Origin: Chiloscyllium plagiosum
Lineage: Eukaryota
Direction of reading: 5' to 3'
Length of the DNA: 64,000 bases
Assembly: GCF_004010195.1 (NCBI RefSeq)
Contig: NC_057719.1
Location: 81,764,850-81,828,849 of the forward strand
The stretch's first letter is position 1, and every line of letters begins with the position of its first letter. Below, one piece after another: positions 36,960-50,471 of this stretch. The position numbers and the translations under genes are program-made. The notes under the pieces were generated by a model. It did not search any database, was not told where the DNA came from, and saw only the letters and a list, made by a program, of their open reading frames with translations.

Positions 36960-37593
36960 TGTTATGGGCCAGATCAAACCCCCTCAAATTATATTAAGAA
37001 GATAGCCTAGACGCTAAGATTTTCTGAATGTAAATGCAATGTGATCTGGATGCAATTCAATTGGTCAAACTACTCAATGTTAAGCAAAACACACTTTATT
37101 CATAAACTATAGCTCAAATACAACAAAGGAAAGAAGAATTGAAATAACTTATCTCAATTGGAAAACTTAACAGAATAATAGATTATTTAACTACTGAACA
37201 GTAACTGTTCCAATATAGTAACATCCCATAACTACACACTCGGCAAAGGCAAATTCAGTAAAATGGATTGTCTCACTGGTAATTCTCTAGTCCATGAGGA
37301 AAACCATCAAGAGAAAACTCTGAGAGAGAAATAGAGTAGCAGGGAGAGATATACTGCAGCTTCAAAACCTCAGCAACAACTACTACTGATAAGCTAAAAC
37401 TAAAAATCCTGGCTCTGGGGAACTTGACCCCACCCATTCATGCTGCTTCTATTGTTTCAACTCTTCGAAAAACCTAAGACCTCAAAAGCTGTTTAGTTTA
37501 TGGGCTTTCAATAGACAGCTCTATAGCTCTATGTTAAAACCCCTCCATAAAAGAAGGGCAAAATACACCTCTTAAAATCATAGTATCATCATA
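36960..37593 (-). mobile_element. Solo LTR with 4-bp TSD (ACTT)
   Basis: Starts tgttatgggccagatcaaaccccctcaa and ends ...catcata. actt at 36956-36959 and 37594-37597. Reverse-complement homologue of 50472-51069. Confidence 0.8.
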
Positions 37594-38044
37594 ACTTGAG
37601 TCTCCTCCCTTCTTTTCTCATCTAAATTTACCATCACTACCTTCTATTTCCTTCTCCTTGACACACTGGTTTAATTTCCTCTTAAATGCATCTGTGCTAT
37701 TCACCTCAACCACTCCTGTGGTAGTGAATTCTATACTCTCACTGCTACATAAATTGACAATTGATCTGAAATCACCTATAGATTTCTTGATGAATATATT
37801 ATCCTAGTAGGAATCTTCCCCACAGGAGGTGTTGGGCTGGATATTGCACGCCTTGCGAAGTGTGATTTGGGTGAAGGAGTGGCGATATGTGTTAAAGGGA
37901 GGGTAGCTAACCCACTGACTTCCCACCCACCCTGAGCTCACTCCAATACTAGACAGGATGGGTGGGTGCCGAAATTAGCAGCTCACCGACTGTCTGTGAA
38001 TAAACAATGAAGGATCAATTGAACTTGTTAAAGGTTCTATACAG

Positions 38045-38335
38045 GTTGGGAAATCCAAAACTAGAGGGCATAGGTTTAAGGTGACAGGGAAAGATTTAAA
38101 GGGGCATAAAGGGCAACTCTTTCATGCAGAGGGTGATGTATATATGGAATGAGCTGCCAAAGGAATTGATGGAAGTTGGTACAATTGCAACATTTAAAAG
38201 GCACCTGGATGGGTACATGAATAGGAGGTGTTTAGAGGGATTTGCTAGGAAATGGGACTAGATTAAATTAGGGTATCTGGTCAGCATGGACGAGTTGGAC
38301 TGATAGGTCAGTTTCCTTGCTGTGTGACTTTATGA
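38045..38335 (+). mobile_element. CR1 LINE 3' end
   Basis: tccaaaactagagggcataggtttaaggtga... and a 3'UTR shared with the 40540 and 18438 copies. Confidence 0.85.
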
Positions 38336-39151
38336 CACCCCAAATATTACACTGACCTTGCCATAATGTGGTTGGGAATGAGATCTCTGTTTTCTTTTAA
38401 GTGTGTTTAAAATGAAGCAAAGGGTTTGCACTTTCCTCATTGCCCTCGCTGAGAAGATATCCCACATATTCTTTAAAGCCAAGCTCACCAGCCCCTTCCC
38501 TTGTACTTGAGTTGCCAAAAACACAACACCAGAATTCCTGGAGCTACCTGGATCTGCAGTACCAGCAGTGTCCACAATGGAGCTCTAAAGCTAATGGGAA
38601 TGTTGGAGCTGCAGGGAATGTGACTTCCTTCCCCAGAGAGGAAGCTTATTTGTCTGCCCATAGTGCTTTATGGATGAAGATTGGGCTTCTAAATGGCGAC
38701 AATTTCCAACACCACCATGCTCCTCCACAGCAGTTCCTGTAATTTCCCACCAGTTATCTTTGTATCCCGTCATCGAAAGCATTCCACAATTTTGCACATT
38801 ATGTCACTTTAATTATTAGGGCACCCCTCAACCTCCTTTTTTCAGGGATCAAGAAAACCTAGTCTGTCAATTCATGTCAGGAACACTCACATGTTTCTGA
38901 TATCATTCTGGTCAATCTTCTCTGCACCCTGTGTCTGCAATGTCTTTATACCTGTATATAGTAATCTGAGTGGGGTCTAAACGAGGTTTGATATACTTTT
39001 CACGTAACTTTAAAGTAAGTTTGAATTCTAGTTCTCTAAAGTTAAAGACTCGTGCTTAATTTTCTTTTTTGTGTCCTTACTATTCTATGGGATGATCTTA
39101 AGTATATTTAAGATCTGAGATCCCTTTCTTCCTCAACCCCACTTAGACTTA

Positions 39152-40010
39152 CAGAGGAACCTCGATTATCCGAAGGAGTTGGGCGGGCAGTATTTCATTC
39201 GGATAACTGATTATTCGTTAATTGATTCAATGCCTCTCCTCTGGGACTCGGAGTATTCTGAAGTTTCCTTTTTCCTCGCTCTGCCTACCTGGCTTCCTCT
39301 CTCTGTCTCAGGATTTGTTTCTGAGCAGGCACACACTTGTGTCTAAGGGATCTGCAGCATTGCTGAAGCCTCCCAGCCTGCATCCCCACCCCCATCCCCA
39401 ATTCAGTTCAGTGGGATTTACACAGCGAGCACTTGCTACGTCCGCTCCCCGTTTAGGAGATAGGCAGTAGCACAATGTGCGTGAGTCCCCACCCCCCCAA
39501 TCCCCCCTCTGCCTCCACCCCTCCCTGCCCCAGCCCCCGTCAGCCACTCCTTCCACCCCCCACCCTCCATTGCAGCCCGACTGGACACCAACAGCAAGAC
39601 TGCTGCTGCCTTTGGGGGGGGTGAGTCTCAAAATAGCGGACACACACACACTCACAACGTTTTACTGCAACCTTTTGACACGTTCCACCTTTTCCCTGTA
39701 CTGGACAATGTTGGAGAGATTATCTGGGGAAGAGGGGTTGAGGGTACACCCCTGTGTAGAACTCCAGGGAAAGTGTGGGGAGAGAGAGAGTGCAGGCGAT
39801 CAGTCATTTGGAGACGGTGCCTGGACTCCCATCGATGTCCAGGACTGTTCTCAGCAGCATTTCAGTGAGTCGAGTTCATTTTTAATCATTGTAAACAAAA
39901 GACGCAATCAGTGATGGAAACACCTCTTTGATGTAATGGTTCTATCTGGACCTTGAGAGCTTCTTCGGATAAACTGAAATTTGGGTAATTGATACTCGGA
40001 GGTTCCTCTG
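39152..40010. mobile_element. Non-autonomous Tc1/mariner (pogo/Tigger-like) DNA transposon, 859 bp
   Basis: TA|CAGAGGAACCTCGATTATCCGAA ... GAGGTTCCTCTG|TA: 12-bp perfect TIR, TA duplication, subterminal TTCGGATAA repeats. Interrupts an older LINE fragment. Confidence 0.85.
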
Positions 40011-40539
40011 TATATCCTTTCATCTCCCTGTTCCTCCTACCAAAATGTACTACTTCACACTTGGCTCTGTAAAACGTCATTTCCAATTATTCTTCAAGTT
40101 TATTAATGTCCTCCGGGGCAAGGGAATGAAATCATGAGCCGTGGTGTACCTTCTTTCTCCAAGTCCTTTCTCCTCCTAACCTTGCAGTGAACCCTTTCGG
40201 AATTTTATGCGTTATTTGGTAAACAGAACGGAACAGTGCAGGACAGAAGGAGGTTATTCAGCCCATCGAGCCTGCAGCAGTTGTCTCCTTTACATTGCTG
40301 AGATGCAGACTGGGTGAACACTTTGAGGAACACCTCCACTCTGTGTGAAAGAATGACCCTGACCTTCCAATTGCTTGCCATTTTGAAAAAGCACCTTGCT
40401 TCCATGCTAACATTTCTGTTCTTGACCTTCCACTATCTTCCAACAGAGCTCTCTATATGAGTTTGAGGAACAATATGCCATTTTCTGCTAAGGCACTTTA
40501 CTACCTGTGGACTAAATATTAAGTTTTACAATTTCAGAC

Positions 40540-41038
40540 TGTGAAACTTGAAAGGATTTACAAAAGATTTACAAGGATGTTGCCAGGGTTGGAGGATCTG
40601 AGCTATAGGAAGAGGCTGAATAAGCTGGGGCTGTTTTCCCTAGAGCATTGGAGGCTGAGGGTTGACCTTATAGAGGTTTATAAAATCATGAGGGGCATGG
40701 ATAGGATAAATAGACAAGGTCTTTTCCCTGGGGTGGGGAATGCAGAGCTAGAACGCATAGATTTAGGGTCAGAGGGGAAAGATATAAAGGGGACATAAGG
40801 GGCAACGCTTTCAGGCAGAGGGTGGTCCGTGTATGGAACAAGCTGCCAAAGGAAATGGTAGAGGCTGGTACAATTACAGCATTTAAAAGGCATCTGAATG
40901 GGTATATGAATCAGAAGGCTTTGGAGGGATATGGGCCAAGTGCTGACAAATTTCAAGATTAGTTTAGGGTATCTGGTCGGCATGGACAAGTGGGACCAAT
41001 GGGCCTGTTTCAGTGCTGTATATCTCTATGACTCGATG
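40540..41038 (+). mobile_element. CR1 LINE 3' end
   Basis: ORF 40541-40798 [33 protein letters not shown]. Confidence 0.9.
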
Positions 41039-41454
41039 ACATCTGTACTCTATTTTTCTTACTTCCCAACCCTTCTCGAGTCATGGTTTGTTTATATCTT
41101 GTTGGCTTTGTTCTCCGCAAAGTGGAATAGTTGTCCCTTTTTCAAAGCTAACATTTAATATCTCCATCTTTTCTTTACTACCATTATCACAGTCTTTGTT
41201 CCTCCTCCCCCTTTATGTCAACAACATAAAAACTATTATTTTCCAGCCCTTTTTCTTTCTGAAGAATAAAGTTGAACATGTTAACTCTGTTTCTCACTCC
41301 ACAGATACTGCCAGACCGGCTGCACCTCTCCACCATTTACTGTTCTTCCTTCATTTTGAATTCGTTTTCTCTTGGGTGAAGGTAGGCAACTGAGGAGCAG
41401 TTATGCTGATATGATAAGTAGCAGTCCTGTGCTCATTTGCTGAAAAGATTCAAA

Positions 41455-41727
41455 GGGGCAGCATGATGGCTCGGTGGTTAGCACTGCTGCCTCACAATGC
41501 CAGGGACCCAGGTTTGATTCCAACCTCGGGCGACTGTCTGTGTGGAGTTTGCATATTCTCCCCGTGTCTGCGTGGGTTTCCTCTGGGTGTTCAGGGATGT
41601 GTTGGTTAAGTGCATTAGTCAGAGTTAAATATAGGGTAGGAGAATGGGTCTCTGTGTATTACTCTTTGGAGGGTCGGCGTGGACTTGTTTGGCCAAAAGG
41701 CCTATTTTCACACTGTAGGGATTCTAT
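41455..41727 (+). mobile_element. HE1-like V-SINE
   Basis: A box tggctcggtgg, B box ggtttgattcc, V-domain ctgtctgtgtggagtttgcatattctccccgtgtctgcgtgggtttcc. Confidence 0.9.
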
Positions 41728-42749
41728 GATGACACAATGTGAACTACCAGCCACTGGAACATAGCACAGTAGCCCTCCGGCCTACTATATGTCTGCCAAG
41801 CATGATGCCATTTTAAACTAATCCCATCTGCCTGCACATGGTCCATATCCCACTATTCAATGCCTGCTCGTGTGTCTAAATGCCTGTTAAAAGTTGCTAT
41901 TGTATCTAATTCTAACACGTCCCCTGGTAGCATTTTCCAGGCACCTACCACCTTCTTTATAATGAATTTATCTCTCACATTTCCTTTAAACTGGTCATGT
42001 TAACAAGTGCTCAGAGTCAGACAGCAGTCCTGCCAGGCAGTTCTTGTAGGGGCCATTCTTCTTCATGAAGCTGCCTTCCTCATATGGAAGATGGACCAAA
42101 AGAGATTGAAGGAAGACCGAAGAAAGTGTTCCCTAAGTCTTTAGTTGGTAAGCAAGCTGCTGCCTTCACAACTTTAATGAGATCAATGTACTCTGTACCA
42201 ACTGCCTGCTCATCTGATTCCTCTGGTATTCTTAACTGTATTATAAGAACCATCCCTAATTGTCATTAAAGTTGACATACAGAATAGTTGGACTTACCTA
42301 GAAACAGAATTAGAATCAGAATTCTCAATTATTAATCCTCAAATCAACTTAAAAATCATAACACACAAGGAAAACACCATTGAGTGTAAATTGATATAAG
42401 GTGACACTCATTTGTGCATTCAACTCCTTCCTCTAAACACACCCCAGACCTGGACCCAGATCACTGTATACCCAACTCATTTTCCCCTTACCCACACCAT
42501 ACCTCCTGCCTCCATACTACCCCTGGCGGATTCGCAATTCACAGCACTCCCACTGCACCTTCAGCCTGGACCCAGCTCATGGCTGCCCAACCATATTCAA
42601 ACCTAGGTCTAGATCAGCCAATAGCAATCCCAGCAGCTTGCCGACAACACCCACTTACAAACCTAGCTACTCGACCAATCACAGGCTGGGTCTTGTAGTG
42701 CATGCTGCCATTCATATCGTCTAATGGATGGGCTCTTTTGGACTTGTGT

Positions 42750-44630
42750 GATCAAGTCTGTCTAAGGATAGCCAATTTCTCACCAATGAGAAACACCTTG
42801 TAGGGGAAACAGGAGTTAGTTTGTTGCAACTCTTTACAAGTTATAAGAATGGGCTTTACACTAATACAAAGTCCAGCCTAGAACAAAATTATATCTGACT
42901 CTTTCACAAAGTCCTCATGACATCATCCCAGTGTGTTGTGCAAATTGCACTCAGTCCAGTACTAACTTCTTCAGATCCATATACAGCACTTCTGAGTGAG
43001 TATTGTTAAACATTGTTCATAAAATTCCATCTACCACCAACTATCTCCCCCAAAGCCAGATGATCTGATGATTTCACTATTCTTCATGAACATGTACTCT
43101 TGAGTCTTGGGAGAATGGTAGTTTGTTGGGTGTAAGGTGGTTGTCTCCAACTGTCTTCCTGACAGTCTGAGCTTTACTACTGACTTTTATCTCTTGTGTC
43201 TCCTCCACTCTGGACATCATCCTGCTAGAGCAGACACATTTCTCTTTATAGTACCTTGAATCTTTAGATATCGCTAGTCTCTTCTTTTGTTGTATTCCAT
43301 GGAGTTGCATGTGCCATATCTTTAACTTGTGTCAGTGAATTTTTGTTCACAATCTGCCTGTAGATCTGTGCTGAAGCATGCAGACCTTTTACTTCAACTT
43401 ATTGACTAGGTTAAACTTCCTTGTTCACCCTCAGTGATTCAACTAAATGTGAATTCAACTTGTTCTCTTTGTTAATTGTGTTATCTAATGATTATTTCTT
43501 GTTTAATAAGATATCCATTATGATCATTAAGAATTCTCCTTTGGTAGGTTTAGTAGTTAGATATTTTATTTGAACTTATCCATTCCTACTTATCTCCACA
43601 TCCAATGTGTAATTCAGATTTGTCATGACTAGTTGTTTGTACTGTGTTGCAATCTGACTCAGTTCAGTTATAGATACTTTAATTTCTCGATTAGGGGATC
43701 CTGTTTAGTTTCTGCCTCTTCTCAAAGTATATTGGCACTTGGAAGCTGAACTTTCTTCAGTATGATAGCAACCAAACCAGTGGCATCACAGCTTTTTATT
43801 ATATTGGTGATATGAAACAAATTGCTTGCTCCAAAATTATTGTGCTCAAGGAATTCTGATTTTTGTTTAGGTTCTGCCTTCTACATATAAAGTGTTGTAA
43901 AATCTTCTATCTTTTGCCTTCTATTGTTTAGCAGATTCCTACTTTTCAATGACATTGAGGTCAATACTTGTCATTCTATCAAGATTGAAAATTCCTCGTT
44001 GTGGAGTAAATTGAACTTTTCTCGTATGTAATGTTGTCTTTGTGGGAGATCTGCTCAAAGCATACCTTAAATGTTGAGTGCAATGCTCCCAGTCCCTTTA
44101 GTCAAACTTCTGTTAGCTATTTACAAACAAGGTTCATTATTTCATAACATTATGACAATTGCTGCCATGAATTTGTGATATGCACATGGACATAAACATC
44201 AGCTTGCCGAAATGTTTGATCAGGATCACCAATTTCCCCAAGGGAAACTGTGTTTGTCTTCTGCTCAAGACTGCTCTAGCTCATTTGTCTCTCTTGAGTG
44301 AATAATTCTGGCTGTGTCCTGCTTCGGCACATTTTCTGAAAGTGATCTATTGTTTTACGATAAAGGTATTTGGTTTTAATAAGTAGGCATTGTTCATGCC
44401 TATAAGATTTATTTACTCCACAGCATTGGCAAGGATTTAAATTGTCTTGTATCTGTCTGACCCGCTGTCTTCTGTGGCTTTGCATCTTTAGAATTGAATG
44501 GATTCCAAAACACTTCGATGACAAGTTTGATCTCCTCCCCTTAGGATTCATCTGTGTTATTGCTGGGCCTGTGCTTAACACACCAGCTGAACTGTTTTCT
44601 TCAAAGATAGGTCTTCTTTTGATTGTAATA
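42750..44630 (-). mobile_element. Heavily decayed Gypsy-like gag-pol remnant
   Basis: Double zinc-knuckle-like PCQCCG...H.QC...IDHFQKMCRS in ORF 44276-44695. The rest is too degraded to read. Confidence 0.45.
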
Positions 44631-45509
44631 AATCTGACAGAAGGTGAAGGTGAAGGAACCTGTGGGGACAGTGACCTTAACATGATAGAATTCACCCTTC
44701 AGTTTGAGCGAGGGCAGGGGTGGGAGCACCCATTCCTCCAGAACACTGCCCAAGTATTAAATGGAAAATTCTGGAACTACTCGGTAGAGTGAACGTTTCA
44801 GGTCAAAGACCTTTCATCGATCTACAGAAAATTGTGATTGAATTGGAAGAAAAGTGTGGACAAAGAACAAGAGGAATGTCAGTGTCTGGGTGGAAAATGG
44901 GGCAGATTAAATGACAAAAAACTTGGAAGTGCATGAGGCCAGAAATGAGATAAATGGAGAACCAGGTGTGAAGAGCAACATGATGAACAGAAGACTACAA
45001 AGGGAAAGAAAGCAAGATCAAGACATAAATTGTGGTTTTAGGTAGTTGGCGTCTGAAAGTCCATAAGGTGAAAAGTGAGGTGCAGTTCTTTGAGTTTACC
45101 TTAGAGCTTTACTGAACCACTGCAGGAAAGCAAAACAGAGTGGTCAGAGAAGGAGGAAAGTGGAAAAGTATCATGGTGAGCTACCAGGAGCTCAGGCTAG
45201 TGGAATATCACAGAGTGATCACCTATGTTATGTCTATTCACTGTAAAACAGACTGCATTGTATTTAGGGAATTACAGTTTCCGAAACACAAGTGAGATAC
45301 CACCTGCACCAAATTACCAACTTTAGCACTTAGTAAAATTAAGCGCTCTGCTCCCCCATCACTCTGTGCTCCACAATCATAGTCAAATCAAGCAGTGACT
45401 GTACAAAATCAGGCAGAAATCCTACTAAATCAGACAGTAAACTCTAATAATTTTGGAGCAGGTGGTATCTTGCTTGTTCGTGTTCCTGAAACTACAATTC
45501 AGATTGACA

Positions 45510-46112
45510 TGATTAGATTAGATTCTGTACTTTATGGAAACAGGTTTTTTGGCCCAAGTCCACATCACCGCCGCTGGCAACGCATTTCATGCGTTCACAA
45601 CTCTCTGCCTTAAGTACCTACCTCTGACATCCCCTCTATACCTTTCTCCTAATATCTTAAAACTATGATCCCTCGTGCCAGTCATTCCTGCCCTGGGGAA
45701 AAGTCTCTGGCTATGCACATGAACAGCAGTGAATTGAGGGGTGTATAGGTTAGGCTATTTTATTTTAGATTAGGATTAATCCTCGGCACAACATCGTGGG
45801 CCGAAGGGCCTGTTCTATCCTGTACTTTTCTATGTTCTATGTTCTAACTCTCTGAAGAGTTGCCCATCCAGACCCATTTCCCTACCCCGTATTTACCCCT
45901 GACTAATGCACCTAACACCATGGACAATTTAGCATGGCCAATTCACCTGAACTGCACATCTTTGGATTGTGGGAGGAAACCAGAGCACCCGGAGGAAACC
46001 CACGCAGACACGGGGAGTATGTGCAAACTCCACACAGACAGTCACTCGAGGGCGGAATCGTACCAGGTCCCTGGAGCTGTGAGGCAGCAGCAGCACTAAC
46101 CACTGAGCCACT
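45510..46112 (-). mobile_element. HE1-like SINE interrupted by a 5'-inverted CR1 fragment (45566-45846)
   Basis: SINE 3' part at 45510-45565, remainder at 45847-46112. The insert matches the 58097 CR1 subfamily in two opposite orientations. Confidence 0.85.
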
Positions 46113-46644
46113 GAGTAATATCTAGAATTTATCCTGGAATCAATGATTTTTAGTTGATTAAAAGTACCATTCAGTGTCAGTGGCATTTCACTTTGAGTAT
46201 GTACATGTTAGATAGTAGGTCATATATGTCCGAGAGTGTTTGAAATATCTGATTCTTTGAGAGTATGCTTGAATACATGTTTGAGAGGCTGTGGTATGTT
46301 TGTGTGTATGAATGTTCAAGAATGTGTTTTTGGATCTTTTGTTTCAATTTCCACTGAGACCAATAATACTCAAAAATGAATCTAAACTTCCAGCAAATAG
46401 CTGAAAGAATGACATATCAAGATTTTGCTTTCTACTGTTCCTCTTGAAACAGATGATTAAAAGCAGTCATGACTAGGTATGACTTTCTTTTTGGTGGATA
46501 ACTTATACTTCAAGCTACAGTAAGAAATAGTTCCGTTATATACACATCACTTATTGCACTCCCCAAGAAACACTGTCCTTTTAGCAAACAGTCCGTAAGT
46601 GCTAGTTTCCAATGGATTCCTGTAACCCCATCTTATTAAGTAGT

Positions 46645-47160
46645 AAGTTAAAAATCACACAACACCAGGTTATAGTCCAACAGATTTATTTGGAAGTGCA
46701 AGCTTTCGGAGCACTGCTCCTTCGTCAGGTAGCTAATGGGGCAGGATCATAGGACACAAAATTTATAGTAAAAGATCAAAGTGTCATTCAACTGATGTGA
46801 TGTATTGAACGAACATCGATTGCTGTTAAGTCGTTAATCACTTAGAATGAGTTGTAGGTTTCAATTTATTAATATTTAAATCCCAGAATTTCTTTCAAGT
46901 CACATTCCCAAGATAACGTAAGGCTTTACAAAAACAGTGACAGCTCAGACAATGTATGAGATGTGAGGTTAGAGTCTGTCTGTATTCCAACCTTGAGTCA
47001 GACCGGTTCTATTTCCAAAGTAGGAATTTATAAAATATCACATGGACTGACTGCCTACAGATTGTGTGCTTTTTGAACTAAAAAGAATGTATCTGCAAAT
47101 GCACATTCATCCCATAGATTTATATCTGTGAGCGTGTGAGGGTAAGACAGTGTGAGAGAG

Positions 47161-47191
<31 letters not shown>

Positions 47192-48735
47192 CTATCTGTT
47201 TGTCCATCAGTGAGTGGGTCTGTGTGAGTTCGATCATGTGTAAGAGTTTGTGGTGTATGTGTGTGTATAATGTAGTGGGGTCACTTGTAGTGTGACATAA
47301 ACCCAAGATCCCGGTTGAGGCCATCCTCATGGGTACTGAACTTGGCTGTCAGCATCTATTCAGTGACTGCATTGTGGCACATCCCAAAGTCCACCTTGAG
47401 GACGGTCAACTGAAGATCCGAGCTGAATGTCCTGCTGAAGTGGTCCCCAGCTGGGCAGGAACGCCCTTGTCTGGTGGTTGTTGCGCAGTGTCCATTCATC
47501 TGTTGTCATAGTGTCTGTTTTGTCTCGCCAATGTACCAGGCCTTGGGGCATCCTGCCTGCAGGGTATGAGATAGATAAACTTGGCCGAGTCACATGAGTT
47601 GCCACGCACATGGTGGGTGGTGTCTCCACATGTAATGGTGATATTCATGTGGACACTCTGACACATCTTGCAGTGGTTGCCATGATAGGGTTGTATGATG
47701 TTCTGGTCAATATTGTCCTGAAGGCTGGGCAGTTTGCTGCGGACAATGGTCTGTTTAAGGATTGACAGTTGTTTAAAGGCGAGAAATGGAGGCATAAAGA
47801 AGGTCTTGTTGAGGTGCTTATCCTCATCGATAATGTGTAGCAAGCTGCGAAGAACATGGTGTAGTTTCTCCACTCCCGGGAAGTACTGGACAACTGAGGG
47901 TACCCTATCGGTTACATCCTGAGGAGCTCGTTATGGTTTCTCACTGTGGCACGTTAGAACTGGCAATCAATGAGTTGAGCATCATATCCTATTCTTATGA
48001 GGGCGCCCTTGAGCACCTTCAGGTATCTGTCACGTTCCTCCTCATCTGAGCAGGTCCTGCGTATGCATAGGGCTTGTCTGTAGGGGATTGCTGTTTTACT
48101 TTCTTTAGAGTGGAAGCTCGCGAAGTGCAGCATTGTGAGCAAGCTAGATTTGTTCAATAGATTAGATTACCTACAATGTGGAAACAGGCCATTTGGCCCA
48201 ACAAGTCCACACCGACCCTCCGAAGAGTAACCACCCAGACACATTTCCCTCTGACTAATGCACCTAGCACTATGGGCAATTTAGCATGACCAATTCACAT
48301 GACCTGCACATCTTTGCATTGTGGGAGGAAACCCATGTAAACACGGGGAGACTGTGTGCAAACTCCACACAGACAGTCGCCTGAGGCGGGAATTGAACTC
48401 AGGTCCCTGGCGCTGTGAGGCAACAGTGCTAACCACTGAGCCACCATGCCACCCTACATCGCATCAGTTTTTTGACACTTTGACTTTTACTGTAAATTCT
48501 ATGTCCTTTGATGCTGCCCCATTAGCTCCCTGATGAAGGAGCAGCACTCCAAAGGCTTGTACTTCCAAATAAACCTGTTTGGATGCTGCCTGACCTGCTG
48601 CACTTTTCAAGCAACACATTTTCAGCTCTGATCTCCAGCATCTGCAGTCCTCACTTTCTGCCTGTTGGACTATAACCTGGTGTTGTGTCATTTTTGAGTT
48701 TGTCCACCCAGTCCAACACTGGCACCTCCACATCA
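46645..48735 (-). mobile_element. Penelope-like element remnant (RT thumb and GIY-YIG) with oppositely oriented terminal repeats; nested SINE and short repeat
   Basis: IPYRQALCIRRTCSDEEERD...IGYD (47954-48157), C..C then SCDSAKFIYLIPCRQ and frameshifted YIGET (47496-47873). Terminal repeat at 46645-46800 (-) is mirrored at about 48470-48735 (+). Confidence 0.85.
48158..48452 (-). mobile_element. HE1-like V-SINE
   Basis: Full-length reverse copy. Confidence 0.9.
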
Positions 48736-49324
48736 TTAAGTAGTAACTTTGACTGACCATCACCAGGCGCCTTCCTTAGTTTTTCAGGCAATTTCTTAAA
48801 TGCATCAACAATAATAAAGTCTATTCCAATGATTCTCCCTACTTCTGGACAAGCCAGAGCAAATCTTCCAGAATCTTTAGACAGCTGCAAGCAGTGTCTC
48901 TTCAACCTTATCTCCCTTCTGCAATTTGCTGTTGTAAATCAAAATGTCCAGCAACTTCTTCTCTATGTGGACCATATAGACCCTCTGCTGTCTGTCTATA
49001 TTATTTGTTGATTTATAGGGAAGCCTTCAAAAATGGATTTCTCTGCCCAAGGCAATGTGAAATATCCATATATTGTGAAATGCTAATTCTTGATCTCAAT
49101 TCATCTAAGCATTAAGTGGAGAGTTTACAATGCAATTCTTTACAACTCAAAATCCACTACACCTTTCTGGGACTTTGGGAGACACAGAATATACTCATAG
49201 TGAACCAGAAACTGCTGTTGTTCCTTCCAAGCAGATTCTTCTCTGTAAAACAATCCAAGACTTCCTTTAACTCCTAACAATCAAACCACCCAGGCTCACA
49301 GATCTCCAGCAATTGCCCTAAATG

Positions 49325-49900
49325 TCAATGCAACAGTCAAGAAAGCACAACAGCATCCCTACTTCCTCAGGAGGCTAAGGAAATTTGGCATGTCCACAAA
49401 GACTGTTTTTATAGACGCACCATAGAAAGCATCTTGTCTGATTGCATCTAGGTTTGGCATTTGCTCTTCCCAAGGTCGCAAGAAACTACAGAGAGTTGAG
49501 AGCACAGCCCAGTCCATCACACAAACCAGCCTTCCATCCATTGACTCCATCTATACTTCCCTCTGCCTCAGGAAAGCAACCAACATCATCAAAGACCCCG
49601 CTCACTCCAGTTATGTTCTCTTCCACCATCTTCCATCAGGAAGAAGATGTAAAATATTGTTTACACATACGAATAGATTCAAGACCAGCTTCTTTCCCGC
49701 TGTCATTAGACTTCTGAATGGATCTCTCAAATTTTAAATTTAATGTTTATTTTGCTCTCTGTGCACCTTCTCTGCAACCGTAATATTGCATTCATCACTG
49801 CCCTAAAGCACTATGTATGGTAGGCACTGCCTGTACTACATGTAAAACAAAACTTTTCACTGCCTCATTGTATGTGACAAAAATAAACAAACCAAATAAA
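49325..49900 (+). mobile_element. Rex1/Babar-like LINE 3' end
   Basis: KKAQQHPYFLRRLRKFGMS is the typical KKAQQRLYFLRRL C-terminal motif. Ends with aataaa and a short repeat tail. A tail fragment of the same family lies at about 53300-53445. Confidence 0.75.
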
Positions 49901-50471
49901 TTCAGAGTTCCAATGCCAAACTTTAATCATCTTATAAACCTCATGATTGTAATACTTTGAGTTTTTTTTAATGAGTTCTATGAGAACTAGGATTTCCAGG
50001 AAATCAATGGGGTTTGCTACTATTTGGAGAGTTTGTGAGCTCACAAAGTAAACACTTGTATGTCAGGTTTTCAGTTTAGAAAGTGAAGATTTTTTTTTAC
50101 TTTGGCAACACCCATATCTTGTTGAAAAAAGTTGTTTTTTAGTTTCACGTTGGGCAGTTGTCTTGTCTGAAGCTGACTTTGTAAAACAGTTGCTCTTCAG
50201 AAGGGGAGACAGTTGAGAACTGTTAAGAAATGGTTTATCTGAGGGTAAGGAGTTAGTTTCACTTGCAGTTGTGATTATTAATGAGAGATTGGATGGAGAC
50301 ATTTGAAATTATAAGCAATTTTGATATAATGGATATTATGTCCCAGGCAGCAAGAGAAGATAAGGAGATTTCTTAGTCAACTCAGAAATTTCATATGATC
50401 TGAAATGCATTTCCTGAAAGAGAGGTGGAAGCAGATTCAGATGTAAACTCTGAGGGGAAATTCAATAGACA

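Noticed and set aside
41455..41530. tRNA-like A/B boxes here and in other SINE heads
   Set aside because: SINE heads, not tRNA genes; each continues into the V-domain.
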